Translations under genes and position numbers: made by a program | In this document: positions 56,975 through 64,000 of the stretch, in pieces | Position numbering within the stretch: the stretch's first letter is position 1 | How the letters are laid out: every line of letters starts with the position of its first letter | The notes under the pieces: generated by a model | The model's database searches: none | What the model saw: only the letters and a program-made list of their open reading frames with translations | Told to the model about the DNA's origin: nothing | Origin: Candidatus Aenigmatarchaeota archaeon | GTDB taxonomy: Archaea > Aenigmatarchaeota > Aenigmatarchaeia > CG10238-14 > SCSR01 | Assembly: GCA_016213525.1 (NCBI GenBank) | Contig: JACRAE010000005.1 | Location: forward strand, 145,405 to 209,404 | Reading direction: 5' to 3' | DNA length: 64,000 nt

Positions 56975-59900
56975 TCAGCAGTTGGTGGCGTTGATCAGTA
57001 TCCTCGGCCCGTCCTGCCCTATCTTCTTGAAGCACGCCCTCTCCAGGCCCGGTCCCATCCTGAGGTCTCCCAATATCTTAATCCTGTCGTACTGCAGCAC
57101 CATCTGTAGGTTGGACGGCCCGCCCGCCAGATAGGAGCCGAACGATATCGCAGGGACGCCCTGGCTGAAGACGGTTCCCGTGCCATTGCCTATCGTGCCG
57201 CAGTCCCCGGTCGAGAACGGTATTATGGTCTTCAGCGGCCCGGCGGCGGTGAGGTTGAACTTGTACACCGCCCCCGTCTGGTTCCCGCCGACGCCCTCGA
57301 AGCATATCGAGGAGAAGTCCTGCGCCCTGCCGGCCCCGATTATGCCCGAAGCCTTGGCCTGGGAGAACTCGGAGTCGTCGTACGAGCAGGCGTACGGCCT
57401 GGTGACGTTCGTGATGTTGAAGCATCCCGGGCTCGGGGCGGCCGCCGAGATGGACGAATTCGAAGTCGAGCCGTTCACCGTCAGCGCGCGCATGTCGTAG
57501 TCCGCGCCCTCGAAGGTGCTGTTGTGGTCCGTCAGGTTGAACGAGACTGACTGTATCCCGTCGGCGGAGGCGACCCTATGGATGCGGCCGTATATCGACT
57601 CCGAGTCCTGCGTCTGGACGTACTCGTGCATCACCTCATCTGACGTGAGGGCGCGCTTCCAAACCTTGACGTTGTCCACCGTGCCGTTCAGGTATCCGTG
57701 GGTCGCGTCGTTGGGGCTGGACGACCTCGCCCCTATCGTGAATATGCCTGTGTCATCTTGTATCGTCCCGGAAAATGATGCAGATGAAACCCTGGTCCCG
57801 TTTACGTAGAGGGTGACGTTCTTGACGACGTCATCGACGACCAAAGTCGCATGTACCCATGTATCGAGAGGAAATATTGTTCCCGGACCGGAAGACACGG
57901 TTGTCTGGGTTGTGCTCCCATTATATATTATCCCTCTGATTGATGGAGTCGTCCCATCCCAGAAGAGCATGTACCCCTCGTAGTCCCCTGTCACGTCCTC
58001 CTTCCCGGCTATCCCTTGGTTGGCGTTGCCGGATATGTTCCCGAGCCTCTTCGTCCAGGCGGACACGGTCAGGCTCTTGTGGTTCAGGCTCGGGGAGTTC
58101 TCGACCTTCACGTAGTCGTCCATACCGTCGAACCTCAGCGCATTCCCCAGCTTGTCATCCGACCCATGGACTCCTCCCGTCAGGTTGCCGGTGTTACCGT
58201 TCCCGCTGGAATCCAGGGTGTAGTTGGAATAGATGAAAGTGGCGTTCGAGCTCCCCGCGTTGCTTCCGTCGTATATCCTCATGTTGTCTATGGTGGCGGT
58301 CAGCGTCCTCGATCCCGATCCTTCCTTTCCGTTTGCGTGCTGCAGGTACCTCAAGTTCTGTATCGTGGCAGGAACCGACCTGGTGACGGACCCGACCAGG
58401 GTGCTCCTCTGGGGATCGGAGAAGACGGACATTGCCATGGCGGTCGCGTTCAGCCTCTCCACGCGCATGTAGTATGTCGTACTGGAGCTCAGAGTGGTCC
58501 CAGTCACGATGGACGCGTCCGTCCCGTTGTCTATGTATTCCGGATGCATCCTGTTGCCGTCGGCCCCGTCGTATCCAAAGTTGACGCCGATTCCATCACC
58601 GCTCGCCGTGTCGTAGACATCCTGACTGTCGTTGGTAAGCCAGAACACCCTGTGGGACGGTATGTTGGACGCCGTCCACCTGAACTCGAAATTCGCCACC
58701 CATCTAGTGTTGCTGAGGTTCCGCCCCAGATCGTACCACACTCTGCTTTCGACGGCGTCCGCGCCGAAACCCGTCACCTGTCCGTTCGAGACCGCGACGC
58801 CGGACCCGACCTGCGTCCATCCCCCGGAAGAGGAGTAGTTGAAGCTGATGTCCGGGAGGTCCGCGTCGTTGAACTTCCACCATCCAACCAGGTCGCCGCC
58901 GTGCCTCTGGGCGCCGCCGAGGTAGAGCTGATAGACCTCGTCGGGGGACAGGCTCCTGTTCACTATGATTAAATCGTCAATCATCCCTCCTAGGAAGCCG
59001 GTGGACCGGGCCCTGCCCAGATCGAGGTTGTATGTCGGGCCCAAGGAGCTCGGATTGAAGCTGAGCTTGTCGTATGTCTCCATGTTGCCGCCGTCGAAGA
59101 ACACCCTGGCGTTGCCACGGGTCAGGTTGTTGTCGTATGTGACGGTGAGCATGTGCCATTTCTCATCGTCGGTTATCTTTCCGATTGACGTCACGTCGAG
59201 GAGTCCCTGCGCGCCGTTGCCGTTGGCTATTTCATAGTCTATCGTGCCGTCGGTGTTTGATTCCAGTCCTATTCCAACGTTCGCCCACGTGTCGTCTTTG
59301 TTGTCAAGTATGTAGTCCTTCGTCGCCCCTCTCTTCTTGAACCACGTGTTTATGGTGAACTTAGAGTTGCTCTTGTGCATCCATGCCCAGTTGCTGATGT
59401 TTCCCAGCTGGACATAGTCGTTAGAGTCGTCGAAGCTCATGCAGCCGCCGAAGCTGGCCATGCATGACGTATTTGAAATCCATGCCGCTCCATTTACAAC
59501 AGAGCCTGTAATATTGTTACCGGAAGCGTCCGTCGCGTTCAACGTCGAGTTGTCGTTGAACCTGTAGTGCAGCACCGTTCCCGCGGGCGTCACCGGCTGC
59601 AGCGTCGTGTTCGAGTCCTCCACGCCGAAGTAGCGGTAAGTCTTCCCGTAGGTGGCGGTGCCGAAATCGTCGTAGTATTTAGTGACTTCGCGCTGGTAGT
59701 GCTCGCGGATCTCGGTGTCTGTGAGGGCGCGGGGATAGATACGAACTTCGTCGAGATAGCCGTTGAAGAAGTTAGCAACTCCGCCTCTGGCGCCCATTAT
59801 CAAATTTGTCGGGTTCGGGTTTAAGGTGACAGACAATGCATACTGAGACTCCATAATACCATCGACATAAATTCGGCTAACGCTGCCGTCATATGTTCCT

Positions 59901-62900
59901 ACAACATGATGCCATATGTTGTCGTTGAACACCGTCCTAGTCTTCGGGGCGGCGTTTCCCTGCAGGGCAAAATATATCATATGGTCGTCTGACCCGGCGG
60001 TTCCGGCATGAGTAAGAGCGTAGCCGTTAGTGTTGTATCCTCCTTTGTCTATTATGCCGGCGTCAATTGACGGCGCTCCCGGACTCTTTATCCAGGCTTC
60101 CAAGGAGATCTTGTTATTGATGTTCAGGGACGTGCCGTTGCCGGCATTTATATAATCATTTGATCCATCGAAATAAATACAGCCGCCATATTTACAGGAA
60201 GAATTGCTAATCCAAGCAGGTCCGCTTAGAAGAGTTCCCGTGTTCCCGTTCCCGCTCGCGTCGGTCGCGTTCAGCCCGGAGCCCTCGTCGAAGCGCCAGA
60301 TTCCGGCAGCGCCGCCGTCGTACATGAAGAACGGTGTGGTAAAGGAAGTCGCTCCGTTAGTTTGGTTGACCGTGCCAAAGTTCGGATAGTTGTCTATAGT
60401 TGCGAGGTAGTCGGCGCGGATTTCGTCCTGTGATAACGCACGGGAATATGCCTTAAGGTTGTCTATCATGCCGTTGAAGAATACCGAGCCCCCAGATGTG
60501 GATCCTACTCTGAACTTACATGTCTGGTTGCAATTGATGTTGTTTATCGTGCCTACTATCGTGTCTGTGCTGGTGCTTTCTACCCCGTCTACGTACAGGC
60601 TCATGCTGTCTTTACCGTATCCGGTCGGAGTTCTCCTCGCCACACCAACCGCATGGTGCCAGTTTCCATCAGCGTAATTCGCAGACGTGTCTCTCTGGTG
60701 ATAATTAGAGTTGTCTCCGCCTTGGACAAGCCAGCTGACATGACCCCCAGAAGTAATTAGAAGCTGGTAGCCAGCGTTGTTGTCTATGTTCTTGCTGACT
60801 AGGGTTCCGGCCGAGGTCACGGTCGTCCTGAACCACACTTCCATGGTGAAGTCCTGTGTCATGTTGAGTGCGAGCGTGTTGTTGACCTCAATGTAGTCGT
60901 TCGAGCCGTCAAAGCTTATGCAGCTGCCGAAGTTGTTCTTACACGACGAGTTCGTTATCCATGTAGGACTGCTTGTGAGTGTGGCGGTGTTGTTGTTCCC
61001 GGTAGAGTCATAGGCCGTCGTACCCCCACCCTCATTGAACCTCCACCACCCGACGAGCGAGCCGTCGAACAAATCGTAGTAGGTCATCGTCGAGTTCGCG
61101 ATGGACTCGATTAGCTCGTTGGAGAAAACAGAATAATTATTTTGAGGGTTGAAGACAGTTGTGTTCATCCTGCCCATAGTGCCGAGGGCGAACATGAAGT
61201 TCTGATTCATGGTGGAGTTGAACGTGTAGTTGAAGCCAAAGAAGTTGGTGTGGTTGGAGAATATCTGGAAGTTGGAGGCGGTCCCGACGTTGCTGTTGGC
61301 GGATGTCCTGTTCACGTTCTTGAAATTCGTCGTCGCGAACAGGACCTCCTCGTTGTCCGTAGCGTTGTTCTTCGTGAAGTAGACGCCGGGCTTCTGCTGG
61401 TTGAGACCCGTTAGATATAATTGTCGAATCTCCGATGGACTCAATGCACGGTTGTATACTCGGGCCTCGTCCAGTTCTCCCCGTAAAGAGGCTGCTGCGT
61501 CGTGACGGACCGCGAAAAGTATGTAATTTCCGTTGCTAGTGAAGCTTCCAGTCCTTGAAGTGGCCGCTTCCTCTATTCCGTCCACATAGACCCTCATCGT
61601 GGTCCCATCGTACGTGCCTACAACATGATGCCACGCGTTATCGTTGAAAAGGGTGTTGGTTGTCACGCTCGATCCCAGCGCCCCAAAGTATATTTTGTGG
61701 TCCGATGCGCCCGCGGTTCCGGCGTGAGAAAACCCTATTTCGCTGTTTCCACTGTACATTATAACAGTATCTAGACTATTTGCTCCCGGAGACTTGACCC
61801 AAATAGAGTAAGACGCGCTGTTCCTTCCAGACAATTCAAAGTTAATCCCCGTACCGTTGATGTAGTCTCCGGAGCCGTCGAAGCTCACGCAGCCTCCAAA
61901 TTTACAAGATGAATTTGAAACCCAGCTAGTTCCGCCATAGAGCCTCTCTGTGTTACCATTGCCGCTGGAGTCTGTTATGTTCGTTCCCCTGCCCTCGTTG
62001 AAGTTCCAGTATCCGACCAGCCCGGGCTCGGCCGTAGTGACGGAGGTGCGGTTCTCGGGGAGGGAGAACGAGATGGTCGTATTGGAATAGGAGCTTACGT
62101 TGCTCGTGTCCTCGTAGAACTCAAGATCGTCCACGTTGCCGCTCATCCAACCAGCCTGGCTCTGGACCACGTTCAAGATTTTGATGTACCTGAGGTCCCT
62201 TACGGTGGAAGGGACCGCGACGGTCGACCTTCCGAGAACCGTTCTGTACTTGTCAGAGAATAGGGTGAAAGTGAATGCGGTCGAGTTCTCTCTCTTCAGT
62301 TCCCACCAGTATTCCGTGTTGTCGACGAACGTGTAGAATATCTCGCCCAGCTGGCTGCCTGGAAGTGTCGAGTCGTCCACGATGAACGACCTGTAGCTGC
62401 GGCCGCCATTCCTGTCTATATAGAGGAACAAGCCGTCCTGGGTGGAGCTGGCGGACGTGTTGGTGCTGGAAATGCCTATGACTATGCCGGCTCCGACGCC
62501 CGCGGAGCTGGTCAGGAGGCCCGTCCTGAACCTCATCGTCCAGATGTTCCCGACGTTCCTCCCATAGTCGAAGTACATGTTGTCGTTTGTGCCGTCGTTC
62601 AGGCCCATGAAGTAGGCGGACTCTGTGCTCTTGTTGACTCGTATCTTGTTAGAATCGGCCGGTATCCATATGGAGTCTGCCTGAGATTGGCTGGAGTAGG
62701 ACGAAAAATCTTCTCTCAGGTTGGCTAGACTGTCGCCCGAGTCCACAAATATCCTCACGAATGGGTCGTGTGCCGTCATCAGGTAGGTGTAGTTGACGAC
62801 CGGGCTCCCTGCCCTCGAGAAGGAATATCTCCACTTGAACGCCTGTTTGTTCCTCGAATCGAGCCAGTCAGGTACGTTGCTGTCTCGATACTCTGCCAAT

Positions 62901-64000
62901 ATCTCATCGGGTGTGAGCGCCTTGTGCCAGACCTTCACGCCGTCCATCAGACCGTTGAAATTGTAGTATCCAGACCCTTCATTGCCCAAAATAAACGCGC
63001 CTAGAGACCCGCTACCCTGCGGCAGCTTGCTCCATTGGGCAGTTGGGTTGTTACCAGAGGTGCTCTTCGCGGTCTGGACAAGGTTGCCGTCTATGTACAG
63101 CTGCCTGGTCGCGTTGTCCTTGTAGACGACTGCGAGGTGCGTCCAGCTGTTGATGGTGGGTGTGTAGACGAAGGACTCATCGTTCTGGTACGAGCCATAG
63201 TATATCGTCGTCACGCCGGAGCTGCTGAACATACGAAGGTGGTACCCACTGTTGTACGCGCCCCATTCCTTCTGCATGATGTACGACCAATCGTTGCTCG
63301 GGAGCGCCCTCGGTTTTATCCACACGCCGATTGTCAACGGGTTGCTGGTCGAGTCCAGACTAGCGGAGTCCGGGGCCTTCACGCTGTTGCCGACGCCATC
63401 GAAGCTCAGGCAATACCCATAATTCTCCCTACAGGAGGAGTTCGTTATCCGCGTCACGTTGGTTACCGTGGCGGTGTTCGCGTTCCCGCTCGAATCCGTC
63501 GCGTTCCCACTGATTTCGTTGAACTTCCACCACAAACCTAGGTTCTCTCCGGCCACGGTCTTTGAATCGCCGTATCCCTTCTGCCAGGGGACCCATTTTT
63601 GCCCACTCCAGTCGTAGAAATATACGGTCTTGTTCTGCGTTCCCGCCCCATAAGTCGATATCATGTCTTGCCTGTCGACCTTCACAGCGTCGTCGAAGCT
63701 CGCGTTGAAGATTATTTTATTAGACGAGTTGTACACGGTCATGTTCCTCTCCGTCATCCCGACGCGGATGAAGTCGTTCGATATGTTCACGATGCCGTAT
63801 AGGGAGCCGTTCTCGTCCAGCCAATAGCTGCCGCCGGGTCTGCTGTCCCGTACGCCGAACTCATACCCGTCCGAGCCGGCGAGGGTGTAGTTGACGGTCG
63901 TGTGGGTGGAGTTCGAGGTGTAGTTCCACGAGCCCTGGCCTATGCCGAGGAGCTCCCTCACGTCCCTCAGGCTGCCGTCGGACGCGTTGTAAAGGACCGA
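56975..64000 (-). CDS. giant surface protein, paralog 2 (partial: 5' end beyond the window; at least 2,341 aa here) with at least 6 LamG-like modules and Cys-terminated cap
   Basis: The frame stays open to nt 64000 (SVLYNASDGSLRDVRELLGIG...). The track's M at 63961 is an internal GTG. Colinear with giant-1 residues from about 306 onward. Six W.F.E..G...D.SGN.NT modules. Ends ..ILINATNC. Confidence 0.9.
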   Translation of the reverse strand, partial: SVLYNASDGSLRDVRELLGIGQGSWNYTSNSTHTTVNYTLAGSDGYEFGVRDSRPGGSYWLDENGSLYGIVNISNDFIRVGMTERNMTVYNSSNKIIFNASFDDAVKVDRQDMISTYGAGTQNKTVYFYDWSGQKWVPWQKGYGDSKTVAGENLGLWWKFNEISGNATDSSGNANTATVTNVTRITNSSCRENYGYCLSFDGVGNSVKAPDSASLDSTSNPLTIGVWIKPRALPSNDWSYIMQKEWGAYNSGYHLRMFSSSGVTTIYYGSYQNDESFVYTPTINSWTHLAVVYKDNATRQLYIDGNLVQTAKSTSGNNPTAQWSKLPQGSGSLGAFILGNEGSGYYNFNGLMDGVKVWHKALTPDEILAEYRDSNVPDWLDSRNKQAFKWRYSFSRAGSPVVNYTYLMTAHDPFVRIFVDSGDSLANLREDFSSYSSQSQADSIWIPADSNKIRVNKSTESAYFMGLNDGTNDNMYFDYGRNVGNIWTMRFRTGLLTSSAGVGAGIVIGISSTNTSASSTQDGLFLYIDRNGGRSYRSFIVDDSTLPGSQLGEIFYTFVDNTEYWWELKRENSTAFTFTLFSDKYRTVLGRSTVAVPSTVRDLRYIKILNVVQSQAGWMSGNVDDLEFYEDTSNVSSYSNTTISFSLPENRTSVTTAEPGLVGYWNFNEGRGTNITDSSGNGNTERLYGGTSWVSNSSCKFGGCVSFDGSGDYINGTGINFELSGRNSASYSIWVKSPGANSLDTVIMYSGNSEIGFSHAGTAGASDHKIYFGALGSSVTTNTLFNDNAWHHVVGTYDGTTMRVYVDGIEEAATSRTGSFTSNGNYILFAVRHDAAASLRGELDEARVYNRALSPSEIRQLYLTGLNQQKPGVYFTKNNATDNEEVLFATTNFKNVNRTSANSNVGTASNFQIFSNHTNFFGFNYTFNSTMNQNFMFALGTMGRMNTTVFNPQNNYSVFSNELIESIANSTMTYYDLFDGSLVGWWRFNEGGGTTAYDSTGNNNTATLTSSPTWITNSSCKNNFGSCISFDGSNDYIEVNNTLALNMTQDFTMEVWFRTTVTSAGTLVSKNIDNNAGYQLLITSGGHVSWLVQGGDNSNYHQRDTSANYADGNWHHAVGVARRTPTGYGKDSMSLYVDGVESTSTDTIVGTINNINCNQTCKFRVGSTSGGSVFFNGMIDNLKAYSRALSQDEIRADYLATIDNYPNFGTVNQTNGATSFTTPFFMYDGGAAGIWRFDEGSGLNATDASGNGNTGTLLSGPAWISNSSCKYGGCIYFDGSNDYINAGNGTSLNINNKISLEAWIKSPGAPSIDAGIIDKGGYNTNGYALTHAGTAGSDDHMIYFALQGNAAPKTRTVFNDNIWHHVVGTYDGSVSRIYVDGIMESQYALSVTLNPNPTNLIMGARGGVANFFNGYLDEVRIYPRALTDTEIREHYQREVTKYYDDFGTATYGKTYRYFGVEDSNTTLQPVTPAGTVLHYRFNDNSTLNATDASGNNITGSVVNGAAWISNTSCMASFGGCMSFDDSNDYVQLGNISNWAWMHKSNSKFTINTWFKKRGATKDYILDNKDDTWANVGIGLESNTDGTIDYEIANGNGAQGLLDVTSIGKITDDEKWHMLTVTYDNNLTRGNARVFFDGGNMETYDKLSFNPSSLGPTYNLDLGRARSTGFLGGMIDDLIIVNRSLSPDEVYQLYLGGAQRHGGDLVGWWKFNDADLPDISFNYSSSGGWTQVGSGVAVSNGQVTGFGADAVESRVWYDLGRNLSNTRWVANFEFRWTASNIPSHRVFWLTNDSQDVYDTASGDGIGVNFGYDGADGNRMHPEYIDNGTDASIVTGTTLSSSTTYYMRVERLNATAMAMSVFSDPQRSTLVGSVTRSVPATIQNLRYLQHANGKEGSGSRTLTATIDNMRIYDGSNAGSSNATFIYSNYTLDSSGNGNTGNLTGGVHGSDDKLGNALRFDGMDDYVKVENSPSLNHKSLTVSAWTKRLGNISGNANQGIAGKEDVTGDYEGYMLFWDGTTPSIRGIIYNGSTTQTTVSSGPGTIFPLDTWVHATLVVDDVVKNVTLYVNGTRVSSASFSGTIQDDTGIFTIGARSSSPNDATHGYLNGTVDNVKVWKRALTSDEVMHEYVQTQDSESIYGRIHRVASADGIQSVSFNLTDHNSTFEGADYDMRALTVNGSTSNSSISAAAPSPGCFNITNVTRPYACSYDDSEFSQAKASGIIGAGRAQDFSSICFEGVGGNQTGAVYKFNLTAAGPLKTIIPFSTGDCGTIGNGTGTVFSQGVPAISFGSYLAGGPSNLQMVLQYDRIKILGDLRMGPGLERACFKKIGQDGPRILINATNC
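59537..59737. repeat. direct-repeat block shared by the two giant genes (copy 2)
   Basis: Partner of 48900..49100. Confidence 0.8.
63687..64000. repeat. direct-repeat block shared by the two giant genes (copy 2)
   Basis: Partner of 53266..53580. The similarity runs to the window edge. Confidence 0.8.

Noticed and set aside
47700-64000. CRISPR array or non-coding tandem repeats underlying the repetitive DNA.
   Set aside because: All the repetition lies inside long uninterrupted reading frames and corresponds to protein modules. There is no short direct repeat/spacer periodicity and no cas genes.

Overview
This window is an archaeal chromosomal segment, and I support about 77 genes in it. Core archaeal genes present:
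- Translation and RNA processing: aIF2-gamma, aIF6, exosome Rrp4/Rrp41/Rrp42, SBDS, and RNase P proteins Rpp30/Pop5/Rpp21.
- Transcription and replication: RNA polymerase subunits Rpo7, Spt4, Rpo11 and Rpo12, and FEN1.
- Other housekeeping: proteasome alpha, prefoldin beta, Pcc1 and Dph2.
- e-type ribosomal proteins: S6e, S19e, S24e, S27ae, L15e, L31e, L37Ae, L39e.
- Aminoacylation: MetRS, PheRS alpha and beta, TrpRS, GlyRS, and two tRNA-Pro genes.

The segment is very compact. Many start and stop codons overlap by 1-4 nt. TATA-like boxes sit about 22-30 nt upstream of start codons, which suggests leaderless mRNAs. GTG and TTG starts are frequent. I found no CRISPR array, rRNA, integrase or transposase.

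The unusual content is cell-surface genes interleaved with the housekeeping operons:
- Seven ORFs carry an archaeal class-III (type IV pilin-like) N-terminus.
- One of these is a complete 2,265-aa giant (47700..54497). A second, paralogous giant has at least 2,341 aa in the window (56975..64000) and its 5' end lies outside it.
- Both giants are built from LamG-like modules. Giant-1 also carries Gly-rich 'HTFTSNGTF...GGGGGGG...IVIIRY' modules, and both giants end in a Cys-terminated cap.
- A 151-aa ORF (54544..54999) looks like the same N- and C-terminal scaffold without the insert.
- Three Sec-signal parallel beta-helix proteins are also present. Two of them share a nearly identical 3' end, which forms a 465-nt inverted repeat bracketing 8.8 kb of core genes.
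- A membrane-anchored DUF151 nuclease, a SWIM mini-protein and a HerA-like ATPase lie in or next to the giant-gene locus.

All functional calls rest on motif recognition by eye. No database search was run. Start codons are best guesses.
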